64,000 nt of DNA from Octopus sinensis. Taxonomy: Eukaryota. A program made the position numbers and the translations under genes. Positions within the stretch are counted from its first letter, which is position 1; every line of letters begins with the position of its first letter. Below are positions 48,881 to 61,329 of this stretch, in pieces. A model generated the notes under the pieces. It ran no database searches. It saw only the letters and a program-made list of their open reading frames with translations, and was not told the origin of the DNA. The stretch is from assembly GCF_006345805.1 (NCBI RefSeq), contig NC_043009.1, positions 56,420,001-56,484,000 of the forward strand. Direction: 5' to 3'.

Positions 48881-49131
48881 ATATCTATACATACATATCA
48901 TCATCATCATCGTTTAGCATCCGCTTTCCATGCTAGCATGGGTTGGACGGTTCAACTGGGGTCTGGGAAGCTAGAAGGCTGCACCAGGCCCAGTCTGATC
49001 TGGCAATGTTTCTACGGCTGGATGCCCTTCCTAACGCCAACCACTCTGTGAGTGTAGTGGGTGCTTTTTACACATATATATGTGTATATATACACATATA
49101 TACATACGTATGTATTCATATATATATTTAC

Positions 49132-49165
<34 letters not shown>

Positions 49166-49224
49166 TTACATATGTATATACATATATACATACATACATA
49201 TACACATACATATATTTACATATG

Positions 49225-49255
<31 letters not shown>

Positions 49256-49494
49256 TTACATATGTATATACATATATACATACATATATATACACATACA
49301 TATATTTACATATGTATATACATATATACATACATACATATATTTACATATATACATACATATATTTACATATGTATATACATATATACATACATATATA
49401 TATACATATATACATACATATATATATACATATATACATACATATATATATACATATATACATACATATATACATACATACATATATACATACA

Positions 49495-49526
<32 letters not shown>

Positions 49527-50078
49527 CACATACGTATATTTACATATATATATACATATATTTATATATATATATACATACATATACATATATTTATATA
49601 TATATACATACATACACATATATACATACACACATATACATATATACATACATACATACACACACACACACATATATATAGTGCCGCATTGACTGGCTTC
49701 CGTGCCGGTGGCACATTTAAAGCACCCACTACACTCGCGGAGTGGTTGGCGTTAGGAAGGGTATCCAGCTGTGGAAACACTGCCAGATCAGACTGGAGCC
49801 TGGTGCAGCCTCCTGGCTTCCCAGACCCCAGTCGAACCGTCCAACCCGTGCTAGTGCGGAAAACGGATGTTAAACGATGATGATATATATACATACATAT
49901 ATTTACATATTGGTTGGCATCCTTTTTGCCTCGGGAGACAATGGAGTTGCGCATAAAATAGTCTATATATATACATATACACACACACATATATACATAC
50001 ATATATACACTCACACACATATATATATGTATGTACACACACAGACACACACACATATATATGTATGTATCTATATAT

Positions 50079-50111
<33 letters not shown>

Positions 50112-50211
50112 CATACGTATACATACCCACACATGTATATTCATACACACACACACACACACACACATGTATATTCATACACACACACACACACCACACA
50201 TATATATACAT

Positions 50212-50296
<85 letters not shown>

Positions 50297-50312
50297 CATA
50301 TATTTATATATA

Positions 50313-50359
<47 letters not shown>

Positions 50360-53300
50360 CACACACACATATATATATACACATGGAGAGCATGTAAAGA
50401 AACAAGCCAAATAGACTATTTACACCAGGAAATGAGATAAGAAGATAATTGTAAATACTAAGTTTTTTTCCTAGTGAAGAATATGCCACTCAGTATAAGA
50501 CAAGTGATTAATGACTTTGCAATGAGAGCTAGATGGACTCAGAGACAAAAGATAATTTAAAGATGGAAGACATGAAGGTGAAAGAATGTTGGTTAGTTGC
50601 AGATTCAAAGAAGTTGTAGTTGGTACTTAAGACAGAAAAGGGAAAATAGAGACTTATAACATACAAAAGGGAAGAAATAGGAGTTTGTACAAGATAACCT
50701 GCTGAGGACAACAGACCAGATTTGTGGCTGTTACAAGGCGTCAATCAAATGGAAGGCAATGTAGTAGTGGAATAGTACTGTACATAGATCCATAAAAACT
50801 AAGTGAGAGGCTTTGAAAGAATGGAAATAAGACTGCAATTTAGAGTATCTAAAAGAGAAGCTTGGCATCAGGTAAATTTAACTAAGGGAGAAAAAGAAAA
50901 TAAGAGGTTTGCACATGTTCTGGGATATGATGAGAGACACAAAGTATTCTGGATCACAAGACAGTATGCTAGAGAAAATTAAGATGCTGTTAGGGAGAAG
51001 TATTTTTGGAATGATAACAATGAACATGACCATTACCAATGCTGAAAAGAAGTGACATTAAAATGCTGTTATGAAAGATTTCTGTACTGCCAGTCATTAC
51101 TCCCTTTTCCCCAGGCCATTCATTAGTGACATCCATCATTTACCTTTACTATCACCCAGCTCTTTTACTTCATATCATTTGAGTTTTCTCTGACCATGCT
51201 AAGATCAGAAAATACATGTGAGTCATAGTCTTCTAACCTATCTAACCCATACCAGCATAGATGTAAAATGATAATGACAACAATATTTATCTGTATAGCT
51301 ATCATCATCTTTTAACAACTGCTTTCCATCCTGGCATGAGCAGAATGAGTTGTCACTATATCGGTCAGTTTCTATTTAGAGTTTTTACTCTCAAAAACAA
51401 GTTAGAGACCATATCTCATCTTGCACGTTCTATTTTTGGCATGGTTTCTAAAACCCGATGCCCTTTCTAACACCAATTACTCTGCAGAATCTATACACAC
51501 AAACACACCATATATATTTTCATGTCTATCTATCAGGTTTTTAAAAAATTTCTCAAGTGTATGTGTGCACATCATATTTACCCTTGTCTCAATATCGTGT
51601 GATAAATGTGTAAAGAGAAATTTAGTGACTGATGTCATACACTGCTATATAAGCAATGTCGTTTGTTTCCAGTCTTCCTTGCAAAACACGTTTTCCTATA
51701 GGGAGAACATTACCTTGCTTAGAAACAGGTGAGTGTTACTGACTGGAAGGGCATCCAGCTATAGAAAATTTGCTTCAACAAATTGTTTTGACCCATGCTT
51801 AGAAAAGTGAACGAGTTCAGTCCCAGTGTGTGGCATCTTGAAAAAGTGTGTTCTATTTACAGCCTTGGGGTGATCAAGGCTACAACAGAAGCCTGTCACA
51901 TATATATGTGTATGTGTGTCTTTGTGTTTGTTCCCGTAAATTAGTGGTTCAGCAAAAGAAACCGATAGAATAAGTACCAGGCTTTAAAAAAGTACTGGGG
52001 TCAATTTGTTCGACTAGGCCCTTCAAGGCAGTGTTCCAGCATGGTCGTAATCCAATGACTGAAACAAGTAAGAAAATAAAATAGACATACAAATGGCGGT
52101 GCCCCAGCATGGCCACAGCTCATGAGCTGAAACTGGAAAAATCAAATCATAATACAGACCTACATGTATGTATTGTTCATCATCATCAGTTAACGTTCCC
52201 TTTTCCAAGTATGGGTTAAAACAGAATTTGTTGAGGCAAATTTTCTATGGCTGGATGCCTTGCCTGTCAGCAACACTCATCTGTTTCCAAGATAATTTTT
52301 CCCTATGGGAAACATGTTTTTCAAGGAAGACCGGAAGCGAACAACATCGCTAGTACAAGTACGACATCAACCACGAAATTTCTCATAAAACATTTATCAC
52401 ACGATGTAGAGAAAAGGGTAAATACCAACGCGCACACATAAACACGGCAGCTTTTTTGTTTCCATCTACCAACATCCACTAAGAAAATTTTGGTCAACCT
52501 AAAATAACTTGGGTAAATTTTTACTTGGCCAAAGTGCTGCTCAGAGGGACTGAACCCGAGATCATATGATTAGGAGTCAAGCTTCTTAACCACACAGCCA
52601 AATTAGCAACTCTTGTTTATATAAATACGTATATATAATCCTTTCTACAATAGACACAAAGCCTGAAATTTGGGGGAGAAGGGGCCAAATAAATACATCG
52701 ACCCCAAAAGGATTAAAGACAAAGTCGACCTCGGCAGAATTAAATACGTATATATAATGTTTGTGTGCATGTACACGTAGTTATCTATATAAGCGTAAAT
52801 ATGTGTGTGTGTATAGCTACGTGTGTACATCTGCTGTATATATGAACTCTTTTTTTATTATTATTTTTAATGTCAGCCTGACTCTGATCCTACTGCAACA
52901 CTTGGGTGCCCACGTATTTTTGAATGTATGAATAACATGTAGAGAACTCGAACATTCAACTGAATTCGTTTTTAATGTGACACCCCATTAATTTCATATC
53001 GTGTATGGAAAATATTTCGCTGAAAGCTGCCAATATACACAGCTATCATAGAACAAACCGAACTCATTTTCTCCTTTCAATCACAGCTTTTGTTTACAAA
53101 TCTCCCTTCCTACCTTATTTGGAGGAAAAACTTGTCATTGTTTATTTCATAGATTACATCCCACCTCACTTTCACTTGTCAACTTTAAACCAAGTGCATG
53201 GTTTGATTAATATAGAATGGTAATCAGGAGAAATATACATCATTTTCGTTATCTGCCGTTGTTTCAATATAACATTTAATTCGAATAATTAACTTTAGAG

Positions 53301-53481
53301 AAATTGCAGCCGATTAGAAAATTTAAAGAAATAAATTTATTTGCAACGCAAAACAATTCTAATATTATGAACGTAATTTTCTTTTGTGTTCAGAGGGCCA
53401 CAGTTCTAGGAAAGAATGGTTGGGCTCTCGGTAGTAAATTGGTTAACGAGACTTGTTTATATTTAATAAAGAAATTGAGAC

Positions 53482-53520
<39 letters not shown>

Positions 53521-53542
53521 TATATACATATATATATATACA

Positions 53543-53582
<40 letters not shown>

Positions 53583-54012
53583 CATACATATATATATACA
53601 TACATACATATATACATACATATATATAACATATATATATACATATATATATACATATATATATACATACATATATATATAATACATATATATATACATA
53701 CATATATATATACATACATATATATACATATATATATACATATATATATACATATATATATACATATATATATATACATATATATATATACATATATATA
53801 TACATATATATATACATATATATATACATATATATATATATACATATATATATACATATATATATATATACATATACATATATATATACACATATATATA
53901 CATATATATATATATACATATACATATATATATACACATATACATATATATATATACATATATATATATATACATATACATATATATATATATACATATA
54001 CATATATATATA

Positions 54013-54044
<32 letters not shown>

Positions 54045-54840
54045 TATACATATATATATATACATATATATATGTGTGTGTGTATGTATACATACACATA
54101 TATATATACACACACACACATATATATATATGTGTGTGTGTGTATACATACACACACACATATGTATATATGTATGAGTGTGTATATGTGTGTGTATATA
54201 TATATTGTATGTGTGTGCGCGCGCACATGATTATATATGTGAGTACATCATTTGTGTACAAGCAGTTTGAAAGAAAAAAATTAAAATCGTCAAAAATAAA
54301 ATAAAAAAACATAAAGCTTACCTTGATTTGTTCTCCTTCCACTAAAATCATCTTTTCACGAAAATCAACACCAATTGTAGCTTCTGTCTTGTCTGGGAAT
54401 TTACCACTACAGAACCTATATGTGAGGCATGTTTTGCCAACATTGGAATCGCCAATCACAATAATCTTGAAGATCCGCTTTTGTGCTTGTTTTTCGATTA
54501 TTTTGGAAGACGGAGCAGTGGAAGGACCAGACGTAGTCACTGTTGTCGTTGTTTTCTTAACATCGCCAGTCTGATTCTCTGTGTTGGTTGTTAATATCGT
54601 TTTTGTTGTTTCATTATAACGGCCAGCTGACGAGCTGCCTTCTAGCTCGTGACCAGTAGGTAATTCTGTGTTCATTCTGTGAATATCATATGTAACAGAG
54701 AAATGCAAATTTAAACAAACAATACAAACAAAAAACAAACTGAATTCGAAGAAAATTTAGTTTTTTTTTGATTATTTTGGGGGTACGTTGCAGTAGTCTG
54801 GTTAAAAAATACAAAGCCAGATGATTTACCTTTCCTCCAT
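34027..54840 (-). CDS. RAB33: Ras-related protein Rab-33 (spliced gene span): complement(join(34027-34506,54322-54676,54830-54840)), 281 aa
   Basis: G1 GDSNVGKT in [23 protein letters not shown]; effector TIGVDF; G3 [29 protein letters not shown] (Rab33-specific); G4 GNKCD; G5 ETSAK; C-terminal CSC prenylation motif; GT-AG introns in phase. Confidence 0.95.
35121..35991. repeat. 871-bp near-perfect palindrome centred on CAG|CTG (35536/35537)
   Basis: Arms pair throughout; about 5 substitutions plus 8-nt and 31-nt gaps in the left arm. Confidence 0.95.
36678..36854. repeat. Perfect 79-bp inverted repeat around a 19-nt (GAT)n spacer
   Basis: 36678-36756 vs 36776-36854; the 62-nt non-microsatellite core is identical. 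Confidence 0.95.
36945..37128. repeat. Imperfect inverted repeat containing a decayed hammerhead motif (minus) and a truncated inverted partner
   Basis: CUGAUGA 37042-37036, GAAA 36961-36958, CACAUG-UA; arms 36988-37050 vs 37071-37128. Confidence 0.55.
37620..37960 (-). mobile_element. Decayed RTE LINE C-terminal fragment
   Basis: [23 protein letters not shown]...WYG aligns by eye to the 22363-22764 peptide. Confidence 0.65.
39480..39780 (-). mobile_element. Decayed RTE reverse-transcriptase fragment
   Basis: AFVD..AFD..., [25 protein letters not shown] motifs with stops and frameshifts. Confidence 0.6.
39796..40096 (-). mobile_element. tRNA-derived SINE, well preserved
   Basis: A-box tggcctagtgg and B-box gggttcaaatc followed by a non-tRNA body. 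Confidence 0.8.
41112..41272 (-). pseudogene. RNU1: U1 snRNA full-length decayed copy
   Basis: Minus strand gtACTTACCTGGCAC...atgatcatcaagg (stem-loop I, U1-70K loop), ccattgca (stem-loop II, U1A loop), ...gggatctgcattcgcgctcacc 3' stem; 161 nt; Sm site and protein-binding loops mutated. Confidence 0.85.
41285..41612 (-). mobile_element. tRNA-derived SINE (OR-like family)
   Basis: Reverse-complement family match. Confidence 0.75.
43400..44700 (-). mobile_element. Penelope-like element remnant: reverse transcriptase plus GIY-YIG endonuclease
   Basis: [15 protein letters not shown]...YVDII...LPILD (44655-44239); thumb region (44112-43858); EN NVVCSL*C..C...[14 protein letters not shown]...LNRKREW (43680-43420); disrupted by stops and frameshifts. 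Confidence 0.8.
45185..45272 (-). ncRNA. Decayed hammerhead motif upstream of the Penelope ORF
   Basis: CUGACGA (45267-45261) ...gucuuc-AAAA-CAUAUG-UU; G12 mutated. Confidence 0.4.
46181..46563 (+). mobile_element. tRNA-derived SINE (OR-like), tail-to-tail with the CR1 LINE
   Basis: Full-length family match. Confidence 0.85.
46588..48540 (-). mobile_element. 5'-truncated CR1-clade LINE (RT domain and 3' end)
   Basis: [56 protein letters not shown]; frameshifts and stops. Confidence 0.88.
48901..49070 (-). mobile_element. (GAT)n-tailed repeat module (RTE 3'-UTR type)
   Basis: Homologous to 25050-25225; inverted relative to 49718-49884. Confidence 0.75.
49071..49680. repeat. (TA/CA) compound microsatellite
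   Basis: Seen directly in the sequence. Confidence 0.95.
49718..49884 (+). mobile_element. (GAT)n-tailed repeat module (RTE 3'-UTR type)
   Basis: ttaggaagggtatccagctg...gttaaacgatgatgat. Confidence 0.75.
49960..50385. repeat. (TA)n/(CA)n compound microsatellite
   Basis: Seen directly in the sequence. Confidence 0.95.
53467..54230. repeat. (TA/TACA)n compound microsatellite, about 760 bp
   Basis: Seen directly in the sequence; source of the spurious Y/I/H/T ORFs. Confidence 0.95.
54322..54676 (-). CDS. RAB33: Rab33 exon (Thr-rich N-extension, G1/G2; ...EGEQIK)
   Basis: AAG|gtaagc donor; ttcacag acceptor followed by A-ATG (in-frame Met at 54675). Confidence 0.93.
54830..54840 (-). CDS. RAB33: Rab33 candidate first coding micro-segment (ATG GAG GAA AG)
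   Basis: AG|gtaaat donor and a 153-nt intron with a T-rich tract; joins in frame to give MEER-MNTEL. Confidence 0.55.
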
Positions 54841-55120
54841 GCTTGTTTACGTACTCGCGGTGATCGTCGAACGAAACTTTTATTTTAATACCGGAAAAAT
54901 AGATTAATATATTATTCATTAATTTTAAATAATTTGAAGCTGTTATCTAAAACAATATTTTACTCTTTCTTAAAAAAAAACTTGTAGAAATCCTCGTGTG
55001 AACGAGAAGTTAGGAATCGGTACTCACGCCATATTGAAAATTTCACCACGAGGTGTAGGGGCTGTAAAGTAAAATACCTTTCAACAACTCCCGTGCTTAA
55101 TCAAGCAGGGGATCACCATT
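54841..55120. promoter_or_regulatory. Candidate bidirectional promoter and 5' UTRs of Rab33 and NAA15
   Basis: Only 280 nt between divergent ATGs; locally CpG-richer; YY1-type CGCCATATT (55027-55035) flanked by inverted CCTCGTG (54992-54998) and CACGAGG (55047-55053). Confidence 0.7.
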
Positions 55121-55177
55121 ATGCCAACAAATAACCCTCTCCCACCTAAAGAATATGCACTTTTCAAAAGGATTTTG
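55121..55177 (+). CDS. NAA15: N-alpha-acetyltransferase 15/16 (NatA auxiliary subunit), first coding exon; remainder beyond the window
   Basis: MPTNNPLPPKEYALFKRIL then G|gtaagt; matches the conserved LPPKExALFKRIL N-terminus and the phase-0 first intron of NAA15/16; too short for the ORF track. Confidence 0.88.
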
Positions 55178-56944
55178 GTAAGTTGTCGCTTTCTTAAAAG
55201 AAATAACAATCATTACCGTTGTGAACCTCCTTACCCCTGTGTAAAGTTATGCTGCTGTCATGATTCAGAGTTGGCATGAAGTTTTTATAACTATCCTCTT
55301 TATTTTGCCGAACTAGTTTGAATTCATGAGAATATTTAAAATTAATGCGATTGTTAATTGTCTTTTGTTTTTCGTTAACGTATCTAAATTTGAAAAAATC
55401 GATCTATGAAAGGACAAGTGTGTCATTAGTGTCAGTAGTAATAGGAGGGGAAGATGTGTAATAGTTACTGTGTTGCAAATTCTCTGGTGTACTACTGAAC
55501 GTTTGATTTACATGTAATGAGAATCCCGAAAAATCTCCCGATTCCCCCCTAATAAAAGTTAAAATTTCAAATTTACAGAAATATTCTAAGACTCGATTGA
55601 ATGCTATCCAGCGCCGAATTGGAATTTCATTTCATGTCTTTTGCCTGTTGCTCCTGTCGATAATAACGACCTGGAGATGTCTGAAAACTCCTTTTTTAGA
55701 AAATATTTTTCCTACTTTTATTTTGTATTGATTAATTGTGTTTCTCTTTCAATATCGTTCATTAAGTCATATTTTAATCACGCTTTACCGGTTGTCTAAC
55801 ATGTCACCGTGTGCTTGAAATATTTTTTTGAAGAGCAATTTCACTTGCGTCTTTGCAATAAATATTCGACAATTTTTTTTCGCTTAACTCATACAATTGT
55901 TTTTTTGGTTGTCATTCTAATTATCGTAGCATGTAAATTCTATTATTGGGATAGAAGAATGCATGATGAAATATCATCACTTGCAGCATTTTTAGAGAGT
56001 TACACAATCTTGTATTGAACCAAATTTGGTTTTCTGCTGAGATCTCCGTCGATCCCTTTCCACTATTAAGTGTTCCTTTGCTGAACTCATTAGCAACAAA
56101 TTTTGTCTTTTTTTGGATGTACAACGTGAATAAGACATCAACAGTTCCATGTTTTCTCCTTAAAAATTTTCTTAGCACTTATTCAAGTGTTTTCAATATT
56201 TTGTATTTGCACACACATGGGGGTCCCATGTGTTTGCACATGGGGTCCAAGTCTCACGAAAGATTTACCTAGTTTTCCCCTCACTACTAATTAAGGATCT
56301 GTAAATACGTTTCTGATGCATGTAGAGGCTGTTTTAACTGTCTCTACGAATTTAATGCGCTAAACTACAGTCTAAACGCATTTAATGTTATGTAGATATT
56401 TAGAATTTACATGTTTTGTGAAAATTAAACTATAATACTTTTCGGTGAGTGAGATACATCCTGTATTTTTAGAAGATCTACATACTCTTGCCTAACGATC
56501 GTCAGTTTTGCTTCTAAAATCTTTTTTTAGTATAAAGAGGAAAAACAAGTAATATTGGACAATCAAATTTCCTAAACTATTGGGAAATTTTATGACTTTT
56601 AATATATATCGGATTGCATCGCCTTGTAGCATTCTGTTTCTTTACATTACAAAAATTGAATTAGATAAAAAAAAAATTCTTTTTAAAAACTATTTTGATA
56701 GTTTTTGTTCGACCCAGGTAACAACCGGTAAGATTCGATATATATTAGATTAGGTTTATTTCAAAAGTTATAAAGTATTCCTTTTTTTTTTGTATTTATT
56801 TTGTGTGTAGATGATTGGTTAAAGATCCGAAACATGTCAGTTTGTGCAGTATGCATTATAACAGTTAATATATAGCGCTCTCTTTAATTCTGTGATTGAT
56901 GTTTATATGCTACTGCATAACGTCAACGTTTTGACGAGAAGAAT

Positions 56945-57222
56945 ATCCCTGCTGCTTCTCCGTCGGTTTACGACGACGAGGGTTCCAGTTGATCCGATCA
57001 GGGGAACAGTCTGCTCGTGAAATTAACGTGCAAGTGGCTGAGCACTCCACAGACATACATAACATAGTTCTTGGTGAGATTCAGCGCAACACAAAATGTG
57101 ACAAAGCTGGCCCTTTGAATTACAGGTACTAATTATTTTTACCAGCTGAGTGGACTGGAGCAACGTGAAATAAAGTGCCTTGTTCAAGGACAACACGCCG
57201 CCGGTTTTCGAACTCACGACCT
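56945..57222 (-). mobile_element. tRNA-derived SINE with CORE-like block (head truncated)
   Basis: B-box gagttcgaa; gtgttgtccttgaacaaggcactttatttcacgttgctccagtccactcagctg; 3' gatcggatcaactggaaccctcgtcgtcg. Confidence 0.7.
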
Positions 57223-60200
57223 GTTACATAGCATTATTTAATTTATACTGCTAATGGCTTAATGGTCAGCAAATTAGATTTAATGATTGTTCCATTGTTT
57301 AAGGAAATCCATTAACACCAAAATGTTTTGAACTTTGGGACCAAGTCTGCTTGGTTAGAAGTTGAAGGGCATCCAAATTAAAAACAATTTCTTTAACAAT
57401 ATAAAAGTGTTTAACAGCATCCAATCCATGCTACCATAAAAAACTGAATGTAAAATAGTAAATTAAAAATAAAACTACAATAAAAACATTTAAAATCTAG
57501 TTGACTATTGAATTTTTCTTTCATGAAAATGATAATTGTAGTATTTGCAAACTTGAGATCAATGTACCTGTGGTAGTACCGGAATGTATTAATGGATGTT
57601 AATTACAAGGTTGACAAATATGTTAACTGACAGTGAACAGAGTAAAAAGGTAACGCTTTAGAAGTAGAAAATAGTAATAATAATTAAACATATATTCATA
57701 TGTGAAAGAGAATTAGGTGTTAATTGAGTATTTTGTTAAGCAATATAGCTAGTCTGACAAAGGTGACTGTAATTTCATTTTGGCGAATGCTTTGGATTTT
57801 ATGTTGCTCCCTTGGTTAACCTGTATCAGGAATAGCTCCACTCTACCTAAAACTGTCACTATAGAGCTTACTTGCATGATTCATTGATATGTTTTCAATG
57901 GGAGCAAATTAAGGATAGCATTAGAGGAATACATCTGACAACTGTTGACCAAACCAGCAAAGAATGTAAGTTCTGAATACAGATGATAAAAAAAGTAACA
58001 TGTTTGGTATCCCTCCTCAATCAATGAAGTAAACATGCAATATTCTTAAACCCCAGTTGTGAAACCCTCCAAATAATGAAGAGCAACTTGAAGAGAGATC
58101 ATGTTTCACAGCTGCAAAGAATAATCAAGTATGCCAGAACCTTGAATATATGTATGTGCAGTTTGATTTACTTTTAAAAACCAGGCATAAGCAAAGCTTC
58201 ATAATCATCATTTTTATTTAATGTCTAACTTTTTGTCTTAGCATGAGTTGGATGATTTAACCGGATTCAACAAACTGTGTCATGCTCCATTGTCAGTTTT
58301 GGCATGGTCTCTATGGCTGGATGCCCTTCCCAATGTTAACCATTTTACAGAGTGTACTTGGTGCTTTTTCTTTTTGTGGCACCAGCCGTAGTGGGGTCAC
58401 CATACATTTTGCAAAACTGAAGGAGAATAGGAGAGAGGGGAGTGTGTGTGATGATCTTAGGCAAGGTGATGAAAAGAACACAGTTGCAGGAGGGTGGTAA
58501 CGAAGAAAGTAACTTAAAGTAGACACTTAGGATAGGGAATATGGAAATAGAAGGAATTAGTGTCAGGAAGGACAGTTATAAAGGTAATGAAGTGGGTTCT
58601 GTAGGTGAGTCCAAGTCTATCCCATGTCCTATGTGTTAATACAGACGAAAGGTGTGAGGGTAATGAGAGTCCAGAGGGAGTCATAGAAAGAAAGAGAGGT
58701 AGGAATAAGGCAGTGATAGAAAAGAGGAGAGAGGGAGTGATGGATAGCAATGAACAAGCAAGAATCACACAAGATGAGATAGGATGATGATTGGAGTGGA
58801 GAGATGGAAGGAGGAAAGAAAGTACAAGTAGAATGTTGAGGATGGATCAATACAGTTTCTTATACATAAAACAGTGAGTAGGTGGTATGTGAGGTGGCTC
58901 TCCATCGTCTATGAGCTGTATAAAAAAGAAAAACCCATCATGTTAGGGATTCTTTTAATGGATAGGTCAGAATAGGAGGGGCCATGTCCATAACCCTTTT
59001 TGGAGTCTCTGAGACTGTTATTCTCAGATCAAGAACTCAGCCTAAATTGTTGGAACCTAATGGCCTCTGCTGAGGACAAATGCCAGGTGGTGGTAAACTG
59101 ACAGATTAAATCTATTATTCAGTGTCAGGAAAGGTCTCTCTGATATGGTTCTAAGCAATTTCTGTTTACCCGATTTCATTCACAAGGCTTTGGTTGATTG
59201 GAAGCTGTAGTAGAAAGACACATGTTGAGAATGATAGTGGGATTGAGCCTGAAACAATTTAGTTGTAAGCAAACTTAACCATATGGCCACACCTGACCTG
59301 CTCCTATTATTTAGTTGGAGACAGACAGAACTTTGTAAAAAATTTTTTAAAAAATGTAAGAGAATTGCTGTTTTTATATATGATCCAGAACATCTGGTGT
59401 GTGTTAGTGTTTTTTATATTTGTGGCAGATCAGTCCATGATAGCATAGCAAAATGGATACTAAAATGTGTGAAGGGAATATAAAAAGATTTCAGTCTTTG
59501 TAAATGGGTGACTGTCCATGCTAGCCATTGTGATAAGATGATGGATGTGTTTATTATGACATCCTTAATAGTCGAAGAAACAAGAAAACTTTCATAGTTG
59601 TTTTGTCTATTCAGTGTTGTAGATCTCTCTTTCCAAAGAAATATTTGTTAGGATGGTTTTGTTTCACATAGATACTTTATCTGTGATGGGGTAGCATCAG
59701 CAGAAGTTCCTGACAGCAATGATTAAGTAATCCTTTCATTTATTTGATGTAAATGGCTGTTGATAGGGTAGTATATTTTACAGGGCATGGCTAGAACTGT
59801 GAACTGAAATTAAGATCAGGATTTAGTACTATATTCAGAGAGGGTGTTATGTTTCATTCTAAATTCTTTGTCTTTGTCACTGAAGCATTTAAATGGAATT
59901 TAGAGCCTAGTGTCAACAGATACAAGTGTTCTGATTCTTTACTACATCTATTAAAAAGCTTGTAAGTAAATCTAAAGAGAGTTAACATAAATCAGTAGGC
60001 CTGAAAAGTATAGTCAGTGGTAGGAATTGCCAATAAACAGATATGAGTATTTTCAGTATAGGAAAAGAGTATATGAGAAGTGGAGCAAATGCAGTCATTT
60101 ACTAAGGCTTTATGTATTACTGGAAATAGGAAATGTGTTGTTACTGAGGCTGTCTAATTAGTGCTGAAGCTGGAGTATAATGTGGCTAGAAGGTAGTTTA

Positions 60201-60898
60201 GAAAACTATTATTTAGCACTAAAGGGATTCTCACTAAAAAGGATTCTATGTATAAGATTACCTGTTTGTGGACAGACAGTGGAGGCAGAGGGCCTACAGT
60301 AGTTAGACAATAGTAAATAGGGAAAGGAAAGAGAAATATGCATTGGAATGTGATGGAACATTCAACAGCAATGTAACTACATTGAGAAAATACTTTCCTG
60401 TGTTGGCTGGTTGTCTGATAATGCTACTGTATTTAGGAAAATTCTTCTACATTGCAGAAATACTTCTCACAGATGTATGAGTGAATGAATCTTATGTGGT
60501 TGATTGACCTGCTAAAGATAGCAGCCAAAACTCATTCAAATCATACATTTAAGGAGTGGAAGACTCATTATATAATGTTGTCCTAAACATTCTGCTAGTC
60601 TTGAAAAAATGCCAGCATGGTCACAGCTGGAACAGGTCAGACATAGCTAGCCTGTGGTTAAACAATAACCTTTCGTAGATGCAAGAGAAATATCCGTGAG
60701 TATTATTCCTGTTTCTATTTTAATAAAAACCATTCCTTCATTACTTCAGACATATTTGTCTTATATCTAGTTTCAAACTTATTTCCACTTAACTCTTTTC
60801 AAGACAAATTACATTTATTTCACCTAATGTGAAATAAACGTTACTGCTGTTTATAGCAGTAACAACTTTAAAGAACAACTTTTTCATGAGTGTATTAA

Positions 60899-61116
60899 CC
60901 CTTTAGCATTCAAACCGGCCATATCCGGCCTAAATATTTTACCCCCTATTTGTTCAAAACCAGTCAGATCCAGCCTCTTACCCTATCCTACAATATTATT
61001 CCAAAAGTAAAGTCACATTGCAGAAATCTCACAGCTATGAGATAATGCGGGATTAATTCAATGCAATGTGAATAAACAAGCATCACATTTGGTAGAATAA
61101 TGTGAATACTAAAGGG
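60899..61116. mobile_element. piggyBac-type MITE (TTAA TSD)
   Basis: ttaa|ccctttagcattca ... tgaatactaaaggg|ttaa. Confidence 0.85.
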
Positions 61117-61329
61117 TTAATGTGATTTTATTAGACCAGTGTGATGTGCACATGTTTCTATATAATTTTGTAATAAACTGGTTCAAATCTTTATGATGGC
61201 ATACATTTTCTTGATTGTTCATTTGATGAGTTTTCTGAAAAGTTTCCAGTTGAGCTCTGGACTTTATAGAGCTGGTTCTTCCTTTTATTCAGTTTGTGAA
61301 TATTTCAAATAAAGTATCTGAAGAATGCC

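Noticed and set aside
48943-50440. Long ORFs of Y/I/H/T/M/C/V (up to 266 aa)
   Set aside because: Translations of (TA)n/(CA)n microsatellites, which lack stop codons by composition
53304-54321. 308-aa + ORF and the tail of the 431-aa - ORF
   Set aside because: Microsatellite read-through; the Rab33 exon ends at the AAG|gtaagc donor at 54322
56775-56840. Hammerhead-like tagatga...atccGAAAcatGTC in the NAA15 intron
   Set aside because: The core's first positions are mutated and no stem I pairing is visible; too degenerate to call
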